Assembly (NCBI GenBank): GCA_963838695.1
Contig: CAWIRZ010000048.1
Location: 49,053-113,052 of the forward strand
Reading direction: 5' to 3'
DNA from: an uncultured beta proteobacterium
GTDB taxonomy: Bacteria > Pseudomonadota > Gammaproteobacteria > Burkholderiales > Burkholderiaceae
DNA length: 64,000 nucleotides
The notes below the pieces were generated by a model. The model made no database searches. It was not told where the DNA came from and saw only the letters and a program-made list of their open reading frames with translations. Position numbers and translations under genes: made by a program. Below are positions 48,900-57,654 of the stretch, one piece after another. Each line of letters opens with the position of its first letter. The first letter of the stretch is position 1.

Positions 48900-50450
48900 A
48901 TGGAATACGTGATCGGTGTCGATATCGGCACTCAGAGCACCAAAGCGTTGCTGGTCGATTGCCATGGCGCGATCGTCGCCAAGCATGCGTGCGGCTATCA
49001 GCCCGATACGCCGAAGCCGCTATGGGCCGAGCAATGGCCTTCGGTCTGGTTCGATGCGGTGCTCGAGTGCATCGCGCGCTGCGTGGAGGCCGCGCGCGAG
49101 CAGGGTATCGAGGCGGCGTCGATTCGGTCGGTCTGCATCGGCAGCCTTTACGGCGGATCGGGCATACCGGTCGACAACGATATGCGGCCTTTGCACCCGT
49201 GCTTGATCTGGATGGATCGCCGCGCCACCGCGCAGGTCGACTGGGTGCGCGAACATATCGACCAGGACCGACTGCTCGACATCACCGGCAATGGCGTGGA
49301 TAGCTACTACGGCTTCACGAAGATGCTGTGGCTGAGGGAGAATCGGCCGGACGTATGGGCGAATACGCGATACTTCTTGCCGCCCAATGCGTACGTGATC
49401 TACCTGCTGACGGGAGAGATCGCGGTCGATCATAGCTCGGCCGGCAATATCGGCGGCGTGTACGACATTGCGCGACGCGATTGGTCAGATACCACGCTCG
49501 ACATGCTCGGCATTCCGGCCACGATGATGCCCGAGCGTTTGGTCGAATCGACGGACATCGTGGGCGGCCTCCTCTCGCAGTGGACGGAACGGCTCGGGCT
49601 GCCGGGCGGCACGCCGGTTATCGCGGGCGGCGTGGATGCGGCCGTTGCCACATTTGCGGCGGGGGCCACGCGCGCAGGCCAGCATGTGGCGATGATCGGT
49701 ACCAGCATGTGCTGGGGCTATATCAATCAGAAAGTCGATGCAAGGCACGGTCTTGTCAGCATGCCGCACGTGTTCAACGGCAAGCACGACCTCTACGTGT
49801 TCGGCGGTGCGATCACGGCCGGTGCTTCCGTTACGTGGTTTCGCGAGCAGTTCTGTCACGCCGAGATCGAAGCCGCGCGCGCGCTGCCGCACGGCGATCC
49901 CCATGTGCTGCTGGAAGACGCGGCCGCGCAGGTGCCCGCCGGCTCCGAAGGCGTGATGTTCTTACCGTATCTGATGGGCGAGCGTAGCCCGGTTTGGGAC
50001 GCCAAAGCGAGCGGCGCATTCATCGGGCTCAACCTAGTGCATACGCGCGCGCATCTTTATCGCGCTGTCCTGGAAGGGGTGGCGTTCGCGCTTCGGCACA
50101 ACATCGAGGCGGGCCGTCGGGGAGCGCGCACGCTCGACGATAAGCTCATCGTTGTCGGCGGGGCCGCACATTCGCCGTTGTGGATGCAAATCATCGCGGA
50201 TATCACCGGCTATCCGGTCTGGACGATCGAACAGGAAGTCGAGGCGGCGATGGGGGCGGCGTTGCTTGCCGCCCTAGGTAGCCACCTCGTTTCGCCCGAA
50301 GCGGCACGCGGCGGGTGGGTGAACCTCGTCGAGCGGGCGCAGCCCGACGCGGGCCGCTGCGCGATGTACACCGAACGCTTCGAGATCTACAAGGACTTGT
50401 ATCCGGCACTCAAGCCGTTGATGCATCGGCTGCAAGGGGCGTCGGACTAA
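48900..50450 (+). CDS. FGGY-family carbohydrate kinase (xylulokinase-like)
   Basis: 'YVIGVDIGTQSTKALLVD' and 'LIVVGGAAHSPLWMQIIADITG'. Confidence 0.85.
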   Translation: MEYVIGVDIGTQSTKALLVDCHGAIVAKHACGYQPDTPKPLWAEQWPSVWFDAVLECIARCVEAAREQGIEAASIRSVCIGSLYGGSGIPVDNDMRPLHPCLIWMDRRATAQVDWVREHIDQDRLLDITGNGVDSYYGFTKMLWLRENRPDVWANTRYFLPPNAYVIYLLTGEIAVDHSSAGNIGGVYDIARRDWSDTTLDMLGIPATMMPERLVESTDIVGGLLSQWTERLGLPGGTPVIAGGVDAAVATFAAGATRAGQHVAMIGTSMCWGYINQKVDARHGLVSMPHVFNGKHDLYVFGGAITAGASVTWFREQFCHAEIEAARALPHGDPHVLLEDAAAQVPAGSEGVMFLPYLMGERSPVWDAKASGAFIGLNLVHTRAHLYRAVLEGVAFALRHNIEAGRRGARTLDDKLIVVGGAAHSPLWMQIIADITGYPVWTIEQEVEAAMGAALLAALGSHLVSPEAARGGWVNLVERAQPDAGRCAMYTERFEIYKDLYPALKPLMHRLQGASD

Positions 50451-50492
50451 TCGGCGAGGAGCGATCGCCTAGGCCGAGCCCGCTGTGGGGGC

Positions 50493-50565
50493 AGCCGCGG
50501 AACTCGGTCCCGGAAGTGAGTCCCAGGTCAGCCGCGGACGTGCAGCCGCGGAAGTTAGCCGCGGA
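50493..50565. repeat. four dispersed copies of AGCCGCGGA within 73 nt
   Basis: Copies at 50493, 50530, 50544 and 50557, in the convergent intergenic region. Each contains the palindrome CCGCGG. Confidence 0.7.
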
Positions 50566-50580
50566 AGTCGGCTGCATGAG

Positions 50581-51594
50581 TCAGCTGCGATCGCTCGCAT
50601 CGCTGTCGCCAACATGCGAGCGATGAGCGTCGATGCATTTTTCTTCTTCCACTTGAACGGTCGTGTGTTCGATCCTGAACGTCGCGGCCAAGCGACGCTG
50701 AACCGCGGCGACGACTTCATGCGAAGCCACACCGGGCGTCGGGTGGACATGCAAGGTGACCATATGCCGCTCCGCGGTAATCGACCATGCATGAATATGA
50801 TGCGCATCGCGCACTTCAGCCACGTTGCGCTCGAGATCGGCTTTGATGTCGGCCAGGCTGACGCCTTCCGGCGTGCCCTCGAGCAGGATATGCGCTGACG
50901 ATTTGACGATGCCCCAGGCACTTTTGAGAACGATCACCGCGACGAAGATCGAGAGAAGCGGATCGATGGGCGTCCAACCGGTGAATAGGATTACACATGC
51001 TGCGGCGATGGCCGCCACGGAGCCGAGCATATCGCCGAGCACATGCAGCCACGCGCCGCGCAGATTGAGGTTCTCGCGGTTGCCGCCGTGCAGGGCCGCG
51101 AACGCCGCGATGTTCGCCGCGAGCCCTGCCAACGCGACGATCAACATGGTCTTACCGAGCACGGGCACCGGTTCCGCGAACCGCCGCACGGCTTCGATCA
51201 CGATCCACGCGGCGATGACGAACAGCGCGCATCCATTGACGAATGCGGCGAGGATTTCGAGCCGCTTGTAGCCATACGAGAGCCTTGCGGTGGCGGGGCG
51301 CTTCCCATAGTGAATGGCGGCCCAGCTGAAACCGAGCGCGGCCGTGTCGCTGATCATATGGCCGGCATCGGCCAGTAGCGCCAGGGAGCCGGACAGCAAG
51401 CCGCCTACGATCTCCACCACCATGAACGTTGCGATGACCACGAACGCCAAACCGATGCGGCGCTGATCGGTTACGCCATGCAGATGGTCGTGCCCGGCGT
51501 GGCTGTGGTCGTGTCCCGCATGGTCGTGGGTGTGGCCGGCGTGGCCGTGGCCGTGGTCGTGGCTATGATCGTGATCGTGATGAGAATGCGCCAT
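50581..51594 (-). CDS. cation diffusion facilitator (CzcD/ZitB-type) metal exporter with His-rich N-terminus
   Basis: 'MAHSHHDHDHSHDHGHGHAGHTHDHAGHDHSHAGHDHLHG', then 'SGSLALLADAGHMISD' and 'HVLGDMLGS'. Confidence 0.9.
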   Translation of the reverse strand: MAHSHHDHDHSHDHGHGHAGHTHDHAGHDHSHAGHDHLHGVTDQRRIGLAFVVIATFMVVEIVGGLLSGSLALLADAGHMISDTAALGFSWAAIHYGKRPATARLSYGYKRLEILAAFVNGCALFVIAAWIVIEAVRRFAEPVPVLGKTMLIVALAGLAANIAAFAALHGGNRENLNLRGAWLHVLGDMLGSVAAIAAACVILFTGWTPIDPLLSIFVAVIVLKSAWGIVKSSAHILLEGTPEGVSLADIKADLERNVAEVRDAHHIHAWSITAERHMVTLHVHPTPGVASHEVVAAVQRRLAATFRIEHTTVQVEEEKCIDAHRSHVGDSDASDRS

Positions 51595-51773
51595 ATGTCT
51601 TGGTCCGAGGGGAATTCAAAACGCTGGACATGACGGAAAGGTCATGCCGCGTGCGTCCCCGGAGCATAACGCGGAAGTGATTCCCTTTCGTCGGTAAGGC
51701 GATATGAAAGCTGCGCGAGCGCACTCCACGCAAGCGCTCGCCTGACGCCGATCGGCAAACCGACGGTGGCCAG

Positions 51774-51847
51774 GAAGTTGCCCACAGATTCTGTTCGCAA
51801 GGCTGTGGGCAACGCTTGGGTAAATGCGATAAGCCGCTGAAACCGTT
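51774..51847 (+). repeat. copy A of a roughly 70-bp element containing an 11-bp-arm inverted repeat
   Basis: GTTGCCCACAG (51777-87) pairs with CTGTGGGCAAC (51803-13). It is followed by gcttgggtaaatgcgataagccgctgaaaccgtt. Closely matches copy B. Confidence 0.8.
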
Positions 51848-51941
51848 TGGTTTTCGCGCGCCGCTCTCGGTGCATGCATTCGGGCGATCCTGGCGCTGGA
51901 ACCCGGCGATGCCGATCGGAAAAACGCCCGAGACGCCCGAA

Positions 51942-52385
51942 TCAGGACTTCGCAGGGCGACCGGTCTTGACGGTTTCCACCGCCGAAACGGCGGCGAGCA
52001 GGCGTTTCAGGGGGGCGGCCTCCAACAACAACAGGCCGGCGCGCAGCAACTCGCTCTTCTTCGTCGACACGCCCGCGTCGAGGCATTTCTGCTTCAGCGC
52101 GGCGATCTTCTCGTAGTCGGATCTCGGCATCGTAAAGCTGTCGCGCACAACCTTTTCTTTTTTCGCGCGCTTGGTCTTGCCTTCTTTTACAACACTCGCG
52201 GGTGCCGCTTCGACGATCGCAGCAGCACGCTTTTGTTTCGGTGCCTTGGCCGGTGCGGGTGGGGTGGTCTCGGCAGCAACCACGGGCGCGATCGCCTGCT
52301 CCACTTCTACGGGCATTTTGCCGTTTGCGCTCTTCGGCACGCGCACCGCCTTTTTGGCTGCCTTCTTGACGATCGGTTCGCTCAC
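51942..52385 (-). CDS. hypothetical basic protein (Lys/Ala/Pro-rich N-half, conserved-looking C-half)
   Basis: GTG start preceded by GGAGAGG. 'VKKAAKKAVRVPK...APAKAPKQKRAAA', then 'VRDSFTMPRSDYEKIAALKQKCLDAGVSTKKSELLRAGLLLL'. Confidence 0.65.
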   Translation of the reverse strand: MSEPIVKKAAKKAVRVPKSANGKMPVEVEQAIAPVVAAETTPPAPAKAPKQKRAAAIVEAAPASVVKEGKTKRAKKEKVVRDSFTMPRSDYEKIAALKQKCLDAGVSTKKSELLRAGLLLLEAAPLKRLLAAVSAVETVKTGRPAKS

Positions 52386-52476
52386 GGTTCCTCTCCAGTT
52401 TATAAACGGTATAAACAGTATATACCGTTTATGGTGCGTCTCGGCTATACGAGGGAGCGCGCTGGACGCCTCGAAG

Positions 52477-52550
52477 AAAGTTGCCCACAGAAACTGTTCG
52501 CAAGGTTGTGGGCAACTGATGGGTAATTGCGGTAAGCGGCTGAAATCGTT
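52477..52550 (+). repeat. copy B of the roughly 70-bp element
   Basis: aaagttgcccacagaaactgttcgcaaggttgtgggcaactgatgggtaattgcggtaagcggctgaaatcgtt, in the same orientation as copy A. Confidence 0.8.
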
Positions 52551-52620
52551 GAGCTTATAGGCCGCGCTCTCGATCTACGCACGGCGAGGATCTAACGATG
52601 CGAAATACGGCGGCTATCGC

Positions 52621-53292
52621 TTACGAACCGTTGACGCGACGGGCCTTTTTGGCTGCGTCGCTACTCTTGCCGGGGCGTGGTGGGCTTTTAGCAATCGATG
52701 CCGCACCGGTTATCTGCTCCATCCAAGATAGCGCGTCGATGTACGAGAGAAACTGCTGGAGGTACCCCGGCGATAGCGCTTGCATCAGCGATAGCGAGCG
52801 GTGCACAAGGCTGCTCGAATTGAGTGGTCCCGGGTTTCCAGGTACTTGCGCGAGCGATTGCCGTAGCTGCTTCTCGGTGCTCATTCTCGACCAGATTTCT
52901 CTGAAGTCGTCGAGCAACGGCAGTTCGGGATAGGGGGCCGACCGAGCGGTAGGGCGCTGAGTTGCCAATCCTTCGCCGCGCGCCAATGCATGCGCCTCCA
53001 GATACTCCACCAGTCCCGCAAGCGCACCCCGATCCGGCTTGCCTAGCGATTGCGCGCCGACCGAATCGTTAGGTTGCCGCGCTTGAAATGCGGCACGCTC
53101 GAGATCGCCCGCGTAAGCATCGAGCAGTTCGCCGAGCCTATTGTCCAGAGCCCGTCGCGCTGCTCCGCTGTGCGTGGCCGAGCGCCGCGCCAGTGCTTCG
53201 ATGAAATGGAAGCGGATGGGATCCATGCGGTCCGCGCCTTGCTCGCGCCATGCGTCGAGCATCGATCGGGCGCGCGTCGCGCCGTTACTCAT
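52621..53292 (-). CDS. uncharacterised soluble helical protein (I recall this family as DUF2894; needs an HMM check)
   Basis: Its ATG 53292 overlaps the upstream MotB-like gene by 8 nt. No TM segment and no catalytic motif recognised. Confidence 0.7.
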   Translation of the reverse strand: MSNGATRARSMLDAWREQGADRMDPIRFHFIEALARRSATHSGAARRALDNRLGELLDAYAGDLERAAFQARQPNDSVGAQSLGKPDRGALAGLVEYLEAHALARGEGLATQRPTARSAPYPELPLLDDFREIWSRMSTEKQLRQSLAQVPGNPGPLNSSSLVHRSLSLMQALSPGYLQQFLSYIDALSWMEQITGAASIAKSPPRPGKSSDAAKKARRVNGS

Positions 53293-53929
53293 GAGACACC
53301 GCTGTGGCCGATGGCTTCGGGATCGGCGCGATTTCGACGCGCCGATTCTTGGCACGCCCCGCGCTGTCGGCGTTCGAGCCCACCGGCTGCTGGGCGCCGA
53401 ACGCAGCCGCGAAGACCGACGAAGCAGGTACGCCCGCATCGATCAACGCACGGGTGACCGTCAGTGCGCGCTGGGCCGAGAGCTCCCAGTTATCGGCGAA
53501 TTGCTTGGTGCCGCCACGTACTTGGCGGTCGTCGGTGAAGCCGCTCACCATCAGGATTTCGTCGCGCGCCACTAGATACCGGGAGAGCGGCCCCGCCAAA
53601 CTCTTCAGCACGTCTCGGCCTTCGGGCTGCAACTGATCCGAGTTCAGCGCGAACAACACACTGCCGCTGATACCGATTCGGCCGTTGACCAGCGTTACCC
53701 GGCCCGCGGCCAGCGGGCCCGCCAACGCGTCTTCCAAAGCCTTGCGGCGCTGCGCTTCTTGGTGCCGCTGCTGGACCTCTTTCTCGAGCTTCGTCGAGAG
53801 TTCCAGTTGCGCGCCGATGACGCACACCAGGATCAGCATGAAAGCCCCCAGCAGCACCGACATCAAATCGCCGAACGCCGCCCAGATCGGCGTGACGTGC
53901 TCCACGCCGCCGTCGATTTCCTCGCTCAT
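53285..53929 (-). CDS. MotB/OmpA-like protein (single TM with conserved Asp, plus OmpA_C peptidoglycan-binding domain)
   Basis: 'PIWAAFGDLMSVLLGAFMLILV' is a MotB/ExbD-style TM segment with Asp21. 'GFTDDRQV...NWELSAQRALTVTRALIDAGV...GRAKNRRVEI' is the OmpA_C domain. Confidence 0.85.
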   Translation of the reverse strand: MSEEIDGGVEHVTPIWAAFGDLMSVLLGAFMLILVCVIGAQLELSTKLEKEVQQRHQEAQRRKALEDALAGPLAAGRVTLVNGRIGISGSVLFALNSDQLQPEGRDVLKSLAGPLSRYLVARDEILMVSGFTDDRQVRGGTKQFADNWELSAQRALTVTRALIDAGVPASSVFAAAFGAQQPVGSNADSAGRAKNRRVEIAPIPKPSATAVSHE

Positions 53930-56022
53930 GCCGCTGCGGCTCCAGCCGATGCCCGCGGGCCCGCGAGCTGTTGCAGATCTTCGATGATTTGTTTCTGCGA
54001 CATCATGCTGAGGTCGATGACTTCTCTCGCCTGCGCGACGTAGTAGGCGAGCTGCTCGTCGCTGCGCGCGAGCGACTTGTCGAGTGCCGCTTCGATACGC
54101 GTGAGATGCGTCACCAAAGCGTCGTTCGATTGGCCGAACAACTGGACGGCGGCACCGAATGCTTCGCCAAGGCTCGCGACTTCGACCGCGCTACCGGTCA
54201 CTTGCGCCGCGATCGCGCCGAGTTTTTCGGTTTCTGCGTCGACCCTCGCGGCGAATTGCGTGCCGACGCGCTCCAGCAGAGTGGCCGACGTGGCGACGAG
54301 CGCATCGACAGCCGATCGTTGTTCGGTACTGGCGAGGTTGACGGCATCGAGCAACGTTTCCAGCGTTGCCAACAAGCGGCTGCGTTCTTCAAGCATGGCG
54401 GTATCGCGCACCATGCTCTCGGAAAGTTTCTGTCGTAGTTCGGCGACGACTTCAGCCGCCGCCTTGGGCGCTTCCGATGCAGCTTGTACGAGTCGAGCGA
54501 TCTCGTCGATCGTCTCGCTGGCGCGCGCTTGCGTATCGGCGGAAATTTCACGTGCGGTCTGCGCGAGCACATTGCAGATGTCCTGCTGCCGGTCTGCCGT
54601 ACGCTTGCCTGCTGCGTCCCATTCGTTGCTCAGCGTAGCCGCCATTGAGCCGAGCGTTTCGGTCCAGGCCGCGAGCCGCTGCTCGTCGCGCGCAGCGAGT
54701 TCGGCCTGTAACTGCGCATGAGAGCGATCGACGTTTTGCAGCAGCGCAGCAGCGTGCTGCTCGAATGTGGCCGCGGCAGCTTGCAGGGCTTCGCGGTTGC
54801 GATCGGAAAGAGTCTCGCCGATCCTTTCTTGCTGCGATAGCGCCGCAGTCCACGCTTCCGACATATTGCCCGTGGTGACATCGAGGCGCGCCGCTACGTC
54901 TTGCAGCAGCTTGCCCGAGCGTTGTTCGAAAGTTTCGGTAAAGCCGGTGAGTGCGGTGTTCAACTGCCGGGCAAGCGCCTCGCTCGATTGACGGTGTTCC
55001 GTCAGCGCGTGGTTCCAGATGCCCGACACCGTCTGCGTCGCAGTCTGGAAACCATCCGAGAGCCCATCGAGTTGCCGCTCGACGGCTCGCGTGACAGCGT
55101 CGTGCAAAGAGGCTGTCTCTTGCGCGAGCCCGGCCATCGTCGCTTCCACGACCGGTTGCAGGGCGGCACCGGCTGCGCGGGCGCTGTCGGTCACGGTCTG
55201 CCTCAACGACTGTTCGACGGACGAAGCCAATCGAGAGTAAGCGGCCTCGACCCCGCGGTGAAACGCATCTTGGCTCGCCAGTTGCCGCTCGTTCGCGGCC
55301 ATGCTGTGTTGTTCGATCGTCGACATCATCGTTTGCAACCGATCGACGAGCGCGGGCATCGTTTGCGCCTGCTGCTGCAGGAGCTTAAGCATCTCCTCGC
55401 GCTGATAGGACTGCGAAAACACGCGCAATGTCGTGGCGATCTTCACGTCGAGGCGCTGCGCCGCTTCGATTCTTTCGCGCCGGCACAACGCGGAAAGCAG
55501 CCCGAGCATGGCGGACGTCGCCACGCCGGCGATCGAGGTACCGAATGCAAACCCCAGACCCTTGACGGGCGCAGCGAGCGATGCCCGGATCGCTTGCAGA
55601 TCCGTCGCGCTGTCGAGCGCCATGCCGGTGCCTCTCAAGGTGGCAGCCATGCCCAGCAGTGTGCCCAGCATTCCGAGCAAGACGAGCAATCCGACCAAGT
55701 AGGGGGTCAGCGCCGGCCCGGGCAAGGCCACGCGCTCGCCCTCGATGCGCAGACGCACCGCGTTGCGCAAGCTCACCGGCAGTGGATCGAGGCAAGCGGC
55801 CAGGCTGGGCGGCGCCGCGGACAGACCGTCGACGGTGCGCACCAAAGCGGCGGTAGCTTGGCTGTAGCGTCGAAGTTCGAGTGCGCCGGCTATGTAGCAA
55901 GCACCGACCAACAGCGTGACGGCTAGCGCGAGCGAGTTCGAGCCGACGTAGCCAACGCCGACCCAGCAGAGCGCGGCAAGGCCGGCCAAGAAAGCGACGA
56001 TGCTGATGAGATGTCTGGACAT
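53926..56022 (-). CDS. MotA/ExbB/TolQ-like channel protein with a roughly 470-aa helical tail (I recall this family as DUF802; needs an HMM check)
   Basis: 4 TM segments. The last pair, 'PYLVGLLVLLGMLGTLLGMAATL' and 'GLGFAFGTSIAGVATSAMLGLLSALC', resembles the MotA_ExbB core. The rest is Ala/Gln/Glu/Leu/Thr-rich helical repeats. Its stop overlaps the MotB-like start (ATGA). Confidence 0.8.
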   Translation of the reverse strand: MSRHLISIVAFLAGLAALCWVGVGYVGSNSLALAVTLLVGACYIAGALELRRYSQATAALVRTVDGLSAAPPSLAACLDPLPVSLRNAVRLRIEGERVALPGPALTPYLVGLLVLLGMLGTLLGMAATLRGTGMALDSATDLQAIRASLAAPVKGLGFAFGTSIAGVATSAMLGLLSALCRRERIEAAQRLDVKIATTLRVFSQSYQREEMLKLLQQQAQTMPALVDRLQTMMSTIEQHSMAANERQLASQDAFHRGVEAAYSRLASSVEQSLRQTVTDSARAAGAALQPVVEATMAGLAQETASLHDAVTRAVERQLDGLSDGFQTATQTVSGIWNHALTEHRQSSEALARQLNTALTGFTETFEQRSGKLLQDVAARLDVTTGNMSEAWTAALSQQERIGETLSDRNREALQAAAATFEQHAAALLQNVDRSHAQLQAELAARDEQRLAAWTETLGSMAATLSNEWDAAGKRTADRQQDICNVLAQTAREISADTQARASETIDEIARLVQAASEAPKAAAEVVAELRQKLSESMVRDTAMLEERSRLLATLETLLDAVNLASTEQRSAVDALVATSATLLERVGTQFAARVDAETEKLGAIAAQVTGSAVEVASLGEAFGAAVQLFGQSNDALVTHLTRIEAALDKSLARSDEQLAYYVAQAREVIDLSMMSQKQIIEDLQQLAGPRASAGAAAA

Positions 56023-56047
56023 AGTGCTCCAGTAATCCTGTATTCGG

Positions 56048-56791
56048 TTAGCGGGTGCGAAGGGCAGCGAGCAATCCTTCGACCGGTTGAAAACGAACTT
56101 CGAGTTCGGCGAGTAGCGCGCTTTGCATGTCTTTGCGGAACACGTCCAACCATGCACGCGGCGAGTGTTCCTGCACGGTGCCCGATGCTTCGGCATCGGC
56201 GAGTGCGGCCTGCTCGGCCTGGCGCAAACGCTCGAAATACTTGGCGAGCAACGCGGGGATGCCTGCCAGCAGGCTTTGCTCGCGCGGGGCCAACGCGCGT
56301 TCCATGACGGCATCCACCATGGCGAGCCGCGCCATTTCGGGCGTGCGGGCGGCGAGCGCGCCGCGCAGGCGCTCGCGCAGGTTGCCGACGGCCGTCTCCA
56401 TCTCGCGCTGCATGTACAGATAGCGCTGACGAAACACGGAATAATCGACCGAGGCATCCGCGGTGCTTTCCAGCGCGGGTGCCTGAGCCGGCCCGCGCTG
56501 TTTGAGTGCGGCGAACACGGTGTCGTCGGCGATGGCTTTCCTCAGCGCAGCACGCACGCGAGCGTACTCGCTCTCCACGGCGCGCGCGCTGGCGCGTGCG
56601 TCGGAGGCGACGACCGGTGCGTTGCCGTTCAGCGCGGAGGACAGCGTAATGGCGTCCGTCCAGTTGAGCCATTGGCTGAGCCGGTCGGAGAGCGCTTGTC
56701 GATCGTCGGGAACGTCGGCGCCGGTCAGACGCGCGAGCAGGCGAATTAGGGTCGGGCCGCTTAGGGCTGTGCGCTGAGGGGCTTCCACCAT
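56048..56791 (-). CDS. uncharacterised protein, first gene of the stator-like operon (I recall this family as DUF3348; needs an HMM check)
   Basis: 247-aa soluble helical protein. Lies 25 nt upstream of the MotA-like gene on the same strand. Confidence 0.7.
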   Translation of the reverse strand: MVEAPQRTALSGPTLIRLLARLTGADVPDDRQALSDRLSQWLNWTDAITLSSALNGNAPVVASDARASARAVESEYARVRAALRKAIADDTVFAALKQRGPAQAPALESTADASVDYSVFRQRYLYMQREMETAVGNLRERLRGALAARTPEMARLAMVDAVMERALAPREQSLLAGIPALLAKYFERLRQAEQAALADAEASGTVQEHSPRAWLDVFRKDMQSALLAELEVRFQPVEGLLAALRTR

Positions 56792-56880
56792 ACAACCAAA
56801 GTCAAAGAGGCAGCAGTTTACACTGCGCCGCGAGCGAGGTGGCCGGACGGCGTCCGATCGGGCTGAATTTGAGCGGATAG

Positions 56881-57287
56881 TTGGCGGTCTTCAAGACCAG
56901 GGTGTTCGCCCGCTGGGCCGACAAAGAAGGCGTAAGCGATTCGGCGTTGCTTGCGGCAATGGAGGAGATAAGCCGAGGGCGGATTGATGCGAACCTCGCG
57001 GTCATGTTTTCAAGGACCGTATGGGCATCGGCGGACGAGGGAAGAGCGGCGGGGTGCGTACGCTGCTGGGGTTGCGGGCAGGGGGCGAGCCATCTTCGGA
57101 CTATCGAGTGTCCCAGCCCGACGGAAGTACGCTGATTAACGCGGACGGCCTGCGGCAGCATCGCCCACCTCCACCGACGCCCAATACCACCTACGCGACG
57201 ACCGGAGCGCAAGCCGATTTCCAACCGCTGTCCGAGCGAACGGTGCCACCTCTATCTGCTGCCGGGGGGACGATGTTGTGTCATTAA
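56881..57287 (+). pseudogene. decayed RelE/ParE-superfamily toxin gene (several frameshifts)
   Basis: 'AVFKTRVFARWADKEGVSDSALLAAMEEISRGRIDANL' continues in a second frame as 'GHVFKDRMGIGGRGKSGGVRTLLGLRAGG...INADGLRQ'. This matches the layout of toxins of the 'FKTKxFxRWAxKE...GKSGGxRTL' type. No antitoxin ORF follows. Confidence 0.5.
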
Positions 57288-57516
57288 TCTTGACCAAAAC
57301 CTCAACGAACCGGCATAGCGAGAAAACCGGCAAACCGATTTTCTGATAGACCGTTCTGTTTTTAAAAAATCCTCGGTTTAATGCGCTCGACAATTCGCTT
57401 TCGGTGAGGTATAGCCGCGCTCTCCGTATCGGCGTGAGTGCCTATGGAATGCTGAAAATGGTACTTCCCCATAAAACGGAAAGAAGTTCACGGCCTGCGT
57501 TTTAGTCGTGCGACTG

Positions 57517-57544
57517 TTGACAAAAACACTGGAATCATTACAGT
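57517..57544 (+). promoter_or_regulatory. candidate sigma70 promoter
   Basis: TTGACA (57517-22), a 16-nt spacer, then TACAGT (57539-44). Lies about 110 nt upstream of the 27-codon ORF in an AT-rich intergenic region. Confidence 0.5.
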
Positions 57545-57587
57545 AACGCAAAACACTGATCGGAACGATATGTCGATTTGCCCGTAA

Positions 57588-57642
57588 AACGGCAAAAGCC
57601 GTTGCTCGCCGGTCTTTAGCGAGCATTCTTCAATCTTGTTTT
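57588..57642 (+). promoter_or_regulatory. structured 5' leader: two hairpins, the second followed by a U-rich tract
   Basis: AACGGC-aaaa-GCCGTT at 57588-603. TGCTCGC (57603-09) pairs with GCGAGCA (57619-25), followed by ttcttcaatcttgtttt. The SD AGGAGAG at 57644-50 comes directly after. Confidence 0.45.
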
Positions 57643-57654
57643 CAGGAGAGAGCT

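Noticed and set aside
43635-50450. The AraC-ABC-SDR-FGGY kinase cluster as something unusual
   Set aside because: It is a standard polyol/pentose catabolic operon organisation. The substrate cannot be deduced from sequence alone.
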